Positions 1-8,914 of a DNA stretch of 61,814 bases are shown here, piece by piece (the first letter of the stretch is position 1; each line of letters opens with the position of its first letter). Source of the DNA: Butyrivibrio sp. (GTDB lineage: Bacteria; Bacillota; Clostridia; Lachnospirales; Lachnospiraceae); contig JAILFT010000125.1 in assembly GCA_024697425.1 (NCBI GenBank), positions 1 to 61,814 on the forward strand, read 5' to 3'. The position numbers and the translations under genes are program-made. A model generated the notes under the pieces. That model did not search any database. It saw only the letters and a program-made list of their open reading frames with translations, and had not been told where the DNA came from.

Positions 1-784
1 ACAGTAATAAGGCGTATAAAATATACACAATAAATATATAGTATAAAAGATAAATAACAAATATAAGAAACATAACATAAATAAATAAGATAACATAAAG
101 AATATATTTGAACAGTATATTATATTCCTTCTCTTATCTTGTGAGTGGATCGGAAGAAAATAGATAGAATGTTATATAAGGTATATAAAGTAGATCTTTC
201 GCTGGCACAAAGGCCAGGAATAGGATGCGTAAGGCTCTGCGACCTGGAGTGACTGACACAGGGTATGCTTAAAGGCTTGAGAATTTAATCCCCCCCTTTT
301 TTATATGTGTTATATAACATTTGGATAAAACAGTCATCGAATCTGAAGAGCTTTATTATGACACAGTTATTCCTGAAAATCAGAAAAAAATTTATGGTGA
401 CAGGAAAACGAGAAAATAAGTGGATAAATAATTTAAATGTAATACATTACAAATATATGCGATAGCACAAATATAAATTATATAACATATCTAATATTTT
501 TGCTGCTGAAATCATCAAATGAACTTAGAGAGGGAAATACAAATATGTTTAACTCTATATCATCTATAGTATATATAACATATATCGTAAATATAAATCT
601 TGAAAAATACTCGGCCAAATGCTAGCCGGTTTATCTGCGTTAAATTACATATATTAGTTATATAACATTCATAAACGATATATTTTATTGAAATCATATT
701 TATTATTGAAATCAAATATAAAATCGTATATAATATTTGAGGGAGATAAGATATATAACACATATATGTTCCATAGGAGGAGTT
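1..784. other. AT-rich non-coding region, candidate replication origin / centromere region of a secondary replicon
   Basis: Very AT-rich, with no credible CDS. DnaA-box-like 9-mers on the minus strand at 320-328 (TTATCCAAA) and 419-427 (TTATCCACT). Repeated TATATAAC motifs. Directly upstream of parA. Confidence 0.6.
170..761. repeat. Cluster of TGTTATATAACA palindrome copies and partial copies (parS-like candidate)
   Basis: Full palindrome at 308-319. Near-complete or half copies at 170-179, 478-488, 572-581, 658-668 and 752-760. Confidence 0.7.
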
Positions 785-1612
785 ATGCGAATAGTAGCTT
801 TCAGTAATCAGAAGGGTGGAGTCGCCAAGACTACATCGAGTTATGCAATGGCTGTTGGCCTTGCAAAAAGAGGGAATAAAGTCCTTGTAATTGATGCGGA
901 TCCACAGGAAAATTTATCGATGACGGCAGGAATAGATCTTAATGACATTGACCCTGATCCTGAAGATATAGATGCTTTATCACCGGAAGAACAGAAATAT
1001 TTTGAAGAAAATGTACCCGCGAAGCTTTTTGAGGTTATGAAGGGGGAGAAGGATATTAACAGAGCTATTATTCCGATAGCAGAGAATCTTGATCTTATTG
1101 TTGGGGGAATTGATCTGGCGTCAGCAGACATGACCTTTAATGATCTTGGAAGAGAGAGGCTTATTAAAACAGCATTTAAGAAACTTAAAAAGAGGTATGA
1201 TTACTGCATCTTTGATTGTAGTCCTGCGCTTGGCGTAGTATTGATGAACATTCTCACGGTTGCAGATGAGGTTGTTATCCCGCTTGAACCAGGAGCATAT
1301 TCTTTACAGGGATTAAGTCGACTGTATAAGTTTATAGATCAGATTCACGAATATACCAATGATAAATTGAAGGTAGATGGTATCCTGGTTACAAAGGTAA
1401 GGAATACAGCTAATTCAAAGATATGGATCAATGATATCGAGGAAAAAGCTGAACTTCTCGGAACCAAAGTATATAAGTCAAAGATAAGGCTCAATGTATC
1501 GGTGGAAGAAGCTCAGACAATGAAAATGGATATCTTTGAATATTCTTCAGGATCTGCTGCAGCAAGAGATTATGACGATTTTATAGATGAATTCCTTGAG
1601 GAGGATGAGTGA
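785..1612 (+). CDS. parA: ParA/Soj family partition ATPase
   Basis: Deviant Walker A KGGVAKTT, DADPQ and DCSP motifs. RBS AGGAGGAG precedes ATG 785. No N-terminal HTH. Confidence 0.95.
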   Translation: MRIVAFSNQKGGVAKTTSSYAMAVGLAKRGNKVLVIDADPQENLSMTAGIDLNDIDPDPEDIDALSPEEQKYFEENVPAKLFEVMKGEKDINRAIIPIAENLDLIVGGIDLASADMTFNDLGRERLIKTAFKKLKKRYDYCIFDCSPALGVVLMNILTVADEVVIPLEPGAYSLQGLSRLYKFIDQIHEYTNDKLKVDGILVTKVRNTANSKIWINDIEEKAELLGTKVYKSKIRLNVSVEEAQTMKMDIFEYSSGSAAARDYDDFIDEFLEEDE

Positions 1613-2184
1613 TGGGTAAAGCAGACAAATTGCAAATTGGCGCAAAGAAAACAGGAAGAGGATTATTTGCAGACATGCAGTCGCTGAAAGGCAGAGAGGA
1701 AGCGCCTTCTATCGATAATAAGGTAACGGATGATTCTGTAAAAGAAGAAAAAGTGACCCAAAAGGTTAATAGAGTAGAGCCGGTAATTGAAGATCCTGCA
1801 AATAATGATGATATTCTTGAAACGATTATGGAACCTGCCCACGAAAGTGCGCCAGTAGAGCCTAAAGTTGAAAAAGAAGAACCTGTTATTGAAACCCCGT
1901 CAGATATCATCAATGAAGTTAAAACAGAAATTAATAAAAAGAGTGAAAGGCCTAAAAAAGAAGCCGATAAGTCTGCAAGCAGATATGAAAAAGATAAATT
2001 TCTTTTGCTGGATATTAGAGGATATAGGGACTATGTAGAACATATGTCTAAGGCAGCAAATATGTCCGCAACAAAATATATCAGAGGCCTTATAGAAAAA
2101 GATATGGAGAAAAACAAGGATATTTATGATGCACACAAAAAGCTGGAACAGATGCTGATGAACAGATCGGCAGGTCAGCAGTAA
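1609..2184 (+). CDS. Putative centromere-binding partition protein (basic N-terminal peptide, acidic linker, C-terminal RHH-like domain)
   Basis: Overlaps the parA stop codon. N-terminal KKTGRGL. C-terminal LLLDIRGYRDYVEHMSKAANMSATKYIRGLIEKDM resembles the strand-helix-helix RHH pattern. Confidence 0.65.
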   Translation: MMGKADKLQIGAKKTGRGLFADMQSLKGREEAPSIDNKVTDDSVKEEKVTQKVNRVEPVIEDPANNDDILETIMEPAHESAPVEPKVEKEEPVIETPSDIINEVKTEINKKSERPKKEADKSASRYEKDKFLLLDIRGYRDYVEHMSKAANMSATKYIRGLIEKDMEKNKDIYDAHKKLEQMLMNRSAGQQ

Positions 2185-2210
2185 AAAAGAGCATTAAAAA
2201 AGAGCATTAA

Positions 2211-2241
2211 AAAGCCCTCGGATCAAAGATCCGGGGGCTTT
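2211..2241. terminator. Bidirectional intrinsic terminator between the par operon and hup
   Basis: AAAGCCCTCGGATC-AAA-GATCCGGGGGCTTT hairpin, preceded by a tandem 13-bp repeat TAAAAAAGAGCAT (2182-2207). Confidence 0.8.
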
Positions 2242-2259
2242 AACGATGTTCAAATAGAA

Positions 2260-2544
2260 TTATTTCTTCTTGCCGTTAACAGCGTCCTTGAGAGCCTTAC
2301 CAGCTTTAAACTTAGGAACTGTAGCTGCAGGAATCTTAATAGCTGCGCCAGTCTGAGGATTCTTACCTGTTCTAGCTGCTCTCTTAGCAGTCTCGAATGT
2401 TCCGAAGCCTACAAGCTGAACTTTGCCTTTTTTCTTAAGCTCTTTAGCAACAACATCTGTGAAAGCCTTAACAGCCTTCTCTGCGTCCTTCTTAGAGAGC
2501 TCAGTAGCCTTTGCAATAGCATCAACAAGTTCTGTCTTATTCAT
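2260..2544 (-). CDS. hup: HU family DNA-binding protein
   Basis: MNKTELV...GFGTF...RAARTGKNPQTG...PKFKAGKALKDAV is the classic HU signature. Confidence 0.97.
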   Translation of the reverse strand: MNKTELVDAIAKATELSKKDAEKAVKAFTDVVAKELKKKGKVQLVGFGTFETAKRAARTGKNPQTGAAIKIPAATVPKFKAGKALKDAVNGKKK

Positions 2545-2719
2545 GGATTATACCTCCCTCAAATAGAGTTATTTAACTACTAAACAAGATTTTACACCTA
2601 TTTATGCACCATCACAAGATTTTAAAGACGAAAAACTGCATAAAATAAAAGTGTTTTTTAGTGCATAATTCTGAAAAAGCGCGAAAACATTGACTTTTTT
2701 CGAAATATAGTGCTGAGAT

Positions 2720-4069
2720 TTAAAGAATAGACACGGTTTGCCTGTATAGCTTTCTGAAAAAATAGGATGATAACAGCAACGAGGAAAGCTCGGCAATAGG
2801 AAATGCGCACCATACAAGGTCAAGAGACCCTGTTTTAGATAACAGCCATGCAACAGGAATCAAAACCAGAAGCTGTCGTCCAACAGATATAGCCAGGGAA
2901 TATATGCTCTTGGAAAAAGCCTGAAATATAGAACCCATAGCAATGCACAAGCCTGCTAACGGGAAAGAAAGACTTATTATTCTAAGTGCCGGAATACCCA
3001 TTAAAAGCATATTATCCGAAGCGGTAAAGAAACCAAGAAGTACTTGAGGAATAGCCAGGAAAGTAGCCATTCCCACAACCATTATGGAGACAGCCAAAAT
3101 GATAGCAAATTTTAAAGCTTCTATAATACGTGCTTTGTTTCTGGCTCCGTAGTTATATGCGAGAACCGGGATAAGTCCGTTATTTAGGCCAAATACCGGC
3201 ATGAAGAAGAAACTCTGGAGCTTGAAGTAAACACCAAAGACGGCAGTTGCGGTAGAAGAGAAACTTTCCAGTATCCTGTTCATCATATATGTCATAGCAG
3301 ATCCTATAGACATCATAAGTATAGAAGGGATTCCTACATAATAAATCTCTTTGATTGTCTGAAAATCGGGGCGCAGGATGGATTTAACAGATAGTCTTAT
3401 ATCCTTATTATAGTGAATATTACTGTAAAAACCGATAAGGGAGCCTACGAGCTGTCCCAGAATCGTTGCATAGGCAGCGCCAGCAACCCCCATAGCCGGA
3501 AACGGACCAAGTCCAAAGATAAAAACAGGGTCAAATATTATATTTGTAATGGCGCCTGATGCCTGTGAAATCATGCTGAAAACAGTTCGTCCGGTAGATT
3601 GAAGAAGTCTTTCAAAAGTAACCTGAAAAAATAAAAATATCGAGCAGCAGCATATGATACTCAGGTAAGTTGCGCCATATTGGTGTATAACCGGATTCTG
3701 GGTCTGTGAGGCTATGAAGCTTCCGGTAAAGAATATTCCTATTATAAGGAATAATATGTAATTGAACACTGTCAGAAGTAAAGAAGCGTTGGCAGCACTA
3801 TCGGATTTGTCAAATTTCTTTTCTCCTAAAGATCTGGACAACAGGGCATTAACACCAACTCCGGTTCCTGCTGCGAGTGCGATCATCAGATTCTGCATGG
3901 GGAAGGCCAGAGTGACGGCGGTAAGAGCTTCCTCATTTATCTGAGAAACAAAAATACTGTCGACTACATTATAAAGAGCCTGCACCATCATTGATATCAT
4001 CATAGGCAGTGACATTGTAACGATTAGTTTCTTTATGGTCATGACGCCCATCTTGTTTTCTTTTGTCAT
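2720..4069 (-). CDS. MATE family efflux transporter
   Basis: About 12 TM segments. Motifs QALYNVVDSIFV, NIIFDPVFIFG and MGVAGAAYAT. Confidence 0.93.
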   Translation of the reverse strand: MTKENKMGVMTIKKLIVTMSLPMMISMMVQALYNVVDSIFVSQINEEALTAVTLAFPMQNLMIALAAGTGVGVNALLSRSLGEKKFDKSDSAANASLLLTVFNYILFLIIGIFFTGSFIASQTQNPVIHQYGATYLSIICCCSIFLFFQVTFERLLQSTGRTVFSMISQASGAITNIIFDPVFIFGLGPFPAMGVAGAAYATILGQLVGSLIGFYSNIHYNKDIRLSVKSILRPDFQTIKEIYYVGIPSILMMSIGSAMTYMMNRILESFSSTATAVFGVYFKLQSFFFMPVFGLNNGLIPVLAYNYGARNKARIIEALKFAIILAVSIMVVGMATFLAIPQVLLGFFTASDNMLLMGIPALRIISLSFPLAGLCIAMGSIFQAFSKSIYSLAISVGRQLLVLIPVAWLLSKTGSLDLVWCAFPIAELSSLLLSSYFFRKLYRQTVSIL

Positions 4070-4256
4070 AAAATAATTCCTTAAAACAATTATTGTTAGA
4101 AATAATGTAATAATACGGGGAAAAGTATACTACATATAAATTTACGTTTCAAATTCTGAAGTGACGAATGAAATTAAATATTAAATCGTAAACTTTTTCC
4201 CATATTTTGATGAAATTTTTGTTGCATTAAGGAATTCATTATGTTATTTTATACTT

Positions 4257-4364
4257 CGCTCAAGAGAGCAGTCCGGACGGTTCCGTTAAAAAAATACGCA
4301 TCAGTCGTAGCTTTGTGATCGCATCACCACTTTATGAGGAGTGGGGGTGCGATTTGTCTTTTGT
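4257..4364 (+). ncRNA. Candidate small RNA or structured leader
   Basis: Promoter-like TTGCAT(4222)-N17-TATTTT with an upstream TG, three short hairpins, then a terminator hairpin at 4318-4353 with a T-rich tail. No ORF. Confidence 0.4.
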
Positions 4365-4458
4365 GTAAAAAATATAATAAAATAGAATAGGTATTGATTT
4401 TATTTCTGTTTAAAGGCAAAATGGATAAAGCGCTTTTGAGGAAATAAATGGAGATTTT

Positions 4459-5397
4459 ATGAGTATATACAGGTTAAAACCCACCTGCAAAGATTATCTG
4501 TGGGGTGGACATAAACTAATAGAAGAATATGGAGTGGATTACTCCGGAGATATTTGCGCAGAAGCGTGGGTTCTTTCGGGGCACAAGGATGGAGCATCTG
4601 TTATATGCACTGATAAAGGAGATATGACTCTTCCTGATTTTATCAGCACTCAGGGAAAAGAGATACTGGGAGAGCGATGCATACAGCTTAAGGAGTTCCC
4701 TCTTATTATAAAATTGATTGATGCCAAGAAGAGTCTTTCAATCCAGGTGCATCCTGATGATGAGTATGCAAGGATCCATGAAGGACAGCTTGGCAAAACG
4801 GAAATGTGGTATGTGCTTCAGGCTGATGATGGAGCTTTCCTTTATCAGGGCTTCAGCCATAGTATAGATAAGTCTGAATTTGAGCAGAGGATAAAGGATA
4901 ATACCTTAGAGGAAGTTCTGAATAAGGTGTTTGTTAAACCCGGAGATGTTGTGTTTATAGAACCGGGTACGCTTCATTCTATTGGAGCAGGTATTCTTTT
5001 GCTTGAGGTACAGCAGAGTTCGAATGTTACGTACCGGATATATGACTACGGAAGGCTTGGTGCCGATGGCAAACCCAGAGATCTTCATATAAGGCAGGCC
5101 CTTGATGTTACTAAACTGGATAAGCCTGATGCGTCTGTACCGTCAAAAGGTGATTCTGTTGTGACATGCGAGTATTTTGACGTTAAGAGTATCAGGGTTA
5201 CAGGTGATTCACCCTATACCGGATTTACAGACAAAAGAAGCTTTGCATGCCTTTTGGTCACTGAAGGTGAAGGAAGAGTCGATTCCGTTGACAGCTCTTT
5301 TCCTGTGAAGAAAGGAGATGCACTCTTTGTCCCCGCGGACGATGGCGTGTACACCTGCAGCGGTGATTTCGAGGTGATAATCACCTCAATTCCGTGA
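4459..5397 (+). CDS. manA: Class I mannose-6-phosphate isomerase
   Basis: Motifs YLWGG, LSIQVHPDD, GKTEMWY, PGTLH and QQSSNVTYRIYDY. Confidence 0.93.
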   Translation: MSIYRLKPTCKDYLWGGHKLIEEYGVDYSGDICAEAWVLSGHKDGASVICTDKGDMTLPDFISTQGKEILGERCIQLKEFPLIIKLIDAKKSLSIQVHPDDEYARIHEGQLGKTEMWYVLQADDGAFLYQGFSHSIDKSEFEQRIKDNTLEEVLNKVFVKPGDVVFIEPGTLHSIGAGILLLEVQQSSNVTYRIYDYGRLGADGKPRDLHIRQALDVTKLDKPDASVPSKGDSVVTCEYFDVKSIRVTGDSPYTGFTDKRSFACLLVTEGEGRVDSVDSSFPVKKGDALFVPADDGVYTCSGDFEVIITSIP

Positions 5398-5470
5398 AAA
5401 TACTAGCGTATTATTTGTATGGCGTGATAAGATAGTAGAAGCAGAAAAATGTTTAATACAGGAGATAATT

Positions 5471-5842
5471 ATGCAAAGAAAAGTACTTATCGCTGATGAC
5501 ACTGCTTTAATGAGAGAACTGATCAGAGGTGCGCTCCCTGTTGAGGAGTATACCATCGTGGGTGAAGCTAAGTCCGGTGTTGACGCCATTGAAATGTATA
5601 AGGCGACAAAACCCGACGTGATGATCCTGGATATCAACATGCCTAAGATGAACGGAATCGATGCGCTCAGTGAGATCATGAAGATCGATCCCCAGGCAAA
5701 AGTTATCATGTGCTCAGATCAGAAGTATGAATCAATGATAATGATGGCACTTAAGAAAGGAGCCAAGGACTTTGTTATTAAGCCCTTCACATCTTATGAT
5801 ATTCTTCTGGCTGTAAAAAAGCTTTTTAACGATCAAGACTAA
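5471..5842 (+). CDS. Single-domain response regulator (CheY-like)
   Basis: Receiver motifs IADD, LDINMPKMNG and KPF; no output domain. Confidence 0.9.
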   Translation: MQRKVLIADDTALMRELIRGALPVEEYTIVGEAKSGVDAIEMYKATKPDVMILDINMPKMNGIDALSEIMKIDPQAKVIMCSDQKYESMIMMALKKGAKDFVIKPFTSYDILLAVKKLFNDQD

Positions 5843-5865
5843 AAGGTGAAAGAGAGAATAATAAT

Positions 5866-6273
5866 ATGCTTAAGCAGATTTCCATATATGCAGAGAATAA
5901 GAAGGGCTGTTTTCAGGACATTACCGGACTTCTTAACAGTAACGGAATCAATATTCTTGGATCGGTAACCAACGATTCAGCAGAGTACGGAATTATCCGT
6001 ATGGTGGTTTCGGATCCCGATAAATGCCTTGAGGTGTTAAGCTCCGCCGGCTATCTTTGCAAGGCAACGCCTGTATTGGCAGTTGAATGCCCGGATGAAG
6101 TCGGTGCATTGGATAAGATTCTGAAGACTTTATATGCGGGAAATATCAACGTTAATTATATTTATCTGTCTTTTAACAGAGATTCCGGACTCCCTATTAT
6201 GGTTATGCATACCGATGACGTTGCACAGGTAGAGAACATTCTGTCAAATCACGGCTATAATTGCATGGAATAA
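5866..6273 (+). CDS. Tandem ACT-domain protein
   Basis: QISIYAENKKG...GIIRMVVSDP...VNYIY pattern of double-ACT proteins. Confidence 0.85.
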   Translation: MLKQISIYAENKKGCFQDITGLLNSNGINILGSVTNDSAEYGIIRMVVSDPDKCLEVLSSAGYLCKATPVLAVECPDEVGALDKILKTLYAGNINVNYIYLSFNRDSGLPIMVMHTDDVAQVENILSNHGYNCME

Positions 6274-6282
6274 GAAGATGCT

Positions 6283-6296
6283 GTGTTATATAACAT
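6283..6296. repeat. Distal copy of the palindrome, GTGTTATATAACAT
   Basis: Exact 14-bp match to 307-320; intergenic. Confidence 0.7.
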
Positions 6297-6319
6297 AAAT
6301 ATTATATATGCCACATATA

Positions 6320-6349
6320 AAAAGAGGAAGCTTTACAGCTTCCTCTTTT
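6320..6349. terminator. Bidirectional intrinsic terminator
   Basis: AAAAGAGGAAGCT-TTAC-AGCTTCCTCTTTT between convergent genes. Confidence 0.85.
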
Positions 6350-6377
6350 CTTTAGGCTTAAATAGAAATGTCAGTGA

Positions 6378-7160
6378 TCACGGAGTTTCCCAGGTCTGAA
6401 CTTTGGCGGCGTGGATGACAAAGCGCCTTCCGCTTCCGGACTGACCACTACAGGTTGACAGGGTTAGGATTGAGGGTCTTTCGGTAAAGTCCATATCCTT
6501 GGGGATCTGAAAAATGGTATTTCTCTGAATATATCCCAGAAAATCGTCATATTCATCATCGGTCGTAACAACAGAATATGCACTGCTTCCGACGGTGGTA
6601 ACGTAATAAGCAAAGATTTCATACTTATATACGGCTTTCTGTGTGTATACATAAATAAAAGGATTGGACTTGATGGCATCACGGTCCTCGGTCTGGCTGA
6701 GTTGCTTGAGTTTCCCGAACATTGAGCCGTTTCTCATGTTATGGCCAAAAATAATGTCGTGCATACCGCAAAAATCAGGGTTACTTAAGACGTCGATAAA
6801 CAGACATCCGGCATTATTCCTGGTGCCGTCAAATGTTTTTTTGATATATTCGTCTATCTCATTTTCCTGAACTACGGGATAACTTATATCAAAATAAGGG
6901 AAATAAAGCCAGCTGACAAAATCAGGGTTGATTGCTTCAAGCGTGCTATAGCTGATCCCAAGGTTGGGAAAAGTCTCCCCGTCTTCTGAAGGAGCTGCAG
7001 TCTGAGTTGTAGATACACCTGTATTGTTATTTATGAGTCTTTCATATTCGGTGTCGGCAATAGCATATTCCTTGTTGTCGTTATAGAGGCTGATGGCTTC
7101 GTATACTATAACAACAAGGCATATGAGAATGGCGACGATTCGCAAGATCTTGAATTTCAT
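6378..7160 (-). CDS. srtB: Class B sortase
   Basis: N-terminal TM, INPDFVSW, FGHNMRNGSMFG and catalytic TLSTC. Start placed at ATG 7160 after the RBS AAAGGA. Confidence 0.9.
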   Translation of the reverse strand: MKFKILRIVAILICLVVIVYEAISLYNDNKEYAIADTEYERLINNNTGVSTTQTAAPSEDGETFPNLGISYSTLEAINPDFVSWLYFPYFDISYPVVQENEIDEYIKKTFDGTRNNAGCLFIDVLSNPDFCGMHDIIFGHNMRNGSMFGKLKQLSQTEDRDAIKSNPFIYVYTQKAVYKYEIFAYYVTTVGSSAYSVVTTDDEYDDFLGYIQRNTIFQIPKDMDFTERPSILTLSTCSGQSGSGRRFVIHAAKVQTWETP

Positions 7161-7240
7161 GCGCAATCCTTTCGTTGATATGTGGTTTATCAATTAATTC
7201 TATATCTCATATAGCAATAATTCAAGTGCAGCAACCGGGC

Positions 7241-7270
7241 AAAAAAAATACTGCACCGCCAAGGGTGCAG
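7241..7270 (-). terminator. Intrinsic terminator
   Basis: CTGCACC/GGTGCAG hairpin with an A-run on the + strand (U-tail on the - strand). Confidence 0.6.
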
Positions 7271-7282
7271 CAATATCGCCGT

Positions 7283-7633
7283 TTATAATATGCTCTCCAT
7301 TGCGGAGTTCATGGCAAAACTGACTCGGCTGTCCATATCATCAGTAAGCTGAACGTTGAGCATTTCTATAACTCTGTTGTCGATAGAGTAGCCCAGGCGG
7401 CTGGCGTGCATCCTGAAATCATCCTGGTGAGCTGCTTCATAGCTCTGACGCATGCTGTTGTTAACTGCTTTGGTAGCTATCATTGAATCGTAGGCTTCTT
7501 CAAAAGCTTCCCCAAACTTACGCTTAAGTTCATCATCGATGGCCGGAGAGCTTGTAACAGATTTCTCCACTGACTCCTTATTAAGGTACGTACTGGTTAT
7601 TCTGTTGGCTGAGGCTAAAAAGTTAAAGTCCAT
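7283..7633 (-). CDS. Hypothetical protein
   Basis: 116 aa ORF with RBS GGAAGGGA and its own terminator; no recognised domain. Confidence 0.65.
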   Translation of the reverse strand: MDFNFLASANRITSTYLNKESVEKSVTSSPAIDDELKRKFGEAFEEAYDSMIATKAVNNSMRQSYEAAHQDDFRMHASRLGYSIDNRVIEMLNVQLTDDMDSRVSFAMNSAMESIL

Positions 7634-7824
7634 TCAAACATCCCTTCCATTTTTTTATCACACTATATATCGGACGATGTTGCAATTTCTTAAGGGTAAA
7701 AAATTATAAAACAATATTTGCAAAATTAGGAACAACTTATTCCATTCATATCTTTGACAGATAGGCATATAGTACAGATAAATACTGAGAATAACGCAAA
7801 TCTTGAATAAAGGAGAAACTGATT

Positions 7825-8901
7825 ATGGAAATGACACTTCGCTGGTACGGAAGCAAGTATGACACCGTTCAACTTTGGCAGATAAGGCAGATCCCGGGCG
7901 TAAAGGGGGTTATTACTACCCTTTACAATAAGCAGCCGGGAGAGCTCTGGGAGCATGATGAGATCAGAGCATTACGAAAAGAGGTTGCCGGTGACGGGCT
8001 TAAGATTGCCGGAATAGAATCTGTTAATGTATCTGATGCTATCAAGGCGGCCACACCGGACAGGGATCTTCATATTGAGAATTATATCAAGACTCTGGAA
8101 AATCTGGGAAAAGAGGATATTCATCTTGTCTGCTATAACTTCATGCCGGTTTTTGACTGGACCAGAACAGAGCTTGCCAGGAAAAGAGAAGACGGCTCCA
8201 CGGTTCTTGCTTACAAGCAGGAAGCAGTAGATGCCCTTGTTCCCGAGAAGATGTTTGAGACTCTTGCGGAGGATACAAACGGGACAGTTATGCCGGGGTG
8301 GGAACCGGAGCGCATGGGCCACGTAAAAGAGCTGTTTGAGCTGTATAAAGATATAGACGAGGAGAAGCTTTTTGAAAATCTAGTATATTTCTTAAAAGCT
8401 ATCATGCCGGTTTGCAATAAGTATGATATCAAGATGGCCATTCATCCCGATGATCCTGCCTGGCCGGTATTCGGACTTCCCAGGATCATCAACAATGAGC
8501 AGAATATTCTTAAACTTATGAATGCTGTTGATGACGTGCACAACGGAGTGACCTTCTGTTCCGGATCCTACGGAACAAACCTGGAGAACGATCTGCCCCA
8601 TATGATAAGAGTGCTTAAAGGGAGGATTCACTTTGCCCATGTCCGCAATCTGAAGTTTATCTCTCCCACAAACTTCGAAGAGGCGGCACATCTTTCCGAG
8701 GATGGAACCTTTGACATGTATGAGATTGTTAGAGCACTGTATGAAACCGGATTTGACGGCCCTATCCGTCCCGATCACGGAAGAATGATCTGGGGCGAAG
8801 TGGCTATGCCTGGATACGGATTATATGACAGAGCTCTGGGTGCCACATATATAAACGGCCTGTGGGAGGCTATAGAAAAGGGCGCAAGAGCAAGGAAGTG
8901 A
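7825..8901 (+). CDS. uxuA: Mannonate dehydratase
   Basis: Motifs MEMTLRWYG, CYNFMPVFDWTRT, IHPDDP, RPDHG and PGYGLYDRALG. Confidence 0.97.
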   Translation: MEMTLRWYGSKYDTVQLWQIRQIPGVKGVITTLYNKQPGELWEHDEIRALRKEVAGDGLKIAGIESVNVSDAIKAATPDRDLHIENYIKTLENLGKEDIHLVCYNFMPVFDWTRTELARKREDGSTVLAYKQEAVDALVPEKMFETLAEDTNGTVMPGWEPERMGHVKELFELYKDIDEEKLFENLVYFLKAIMPVCNKYDIKMAIHPDDPAWPVFGLPRIINNEQNILKLMNAVDDVHNGVTFCSGSYGTNLENDLPHMIRVLKGRIHFAHVRNLKFISPTNFEEAAHLSEDGTFDMYEIVRALYETGFDGPIRPDHGRMIWGEVAMPGYGLYDRALGATYINGLWEAIEKGARARK

Positions 8902-8914
8902 GGTAACGGGTGTT

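Noticed and set aside
190-290. c-di-GMP-I riboswitch
   Set aside because: It lacks the GGCAAA...GAAA...GACGCAAAG core and there is no downstream gene to regulate nearby.
170-761. CRISPR array or classical iteron array
   Set aside because: The repeats are only 9-14 bp, degenerate and too widely spaced. There are no 23-47 bp repeats with spacers and no cas genes.
560-763. 67-aa minus-strand ORF in the origin region
   Set aside because: Ile/Tyr-rich translation of AT-rich repeat DNA with no RBS.
2182-2207. 13-bp tandem duplication TAAAAAAGAGCAT as an insertion target-site duplication
   Set aside because: No intervening element or transposase; probably slippage next to a terminator.
4270-4300. 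preQ1 riboswitch (GGTTC followed by an A-run)
   Set aside because: The stem/loop geometry does not fit and the flanking genes are unrelated to queuosine.
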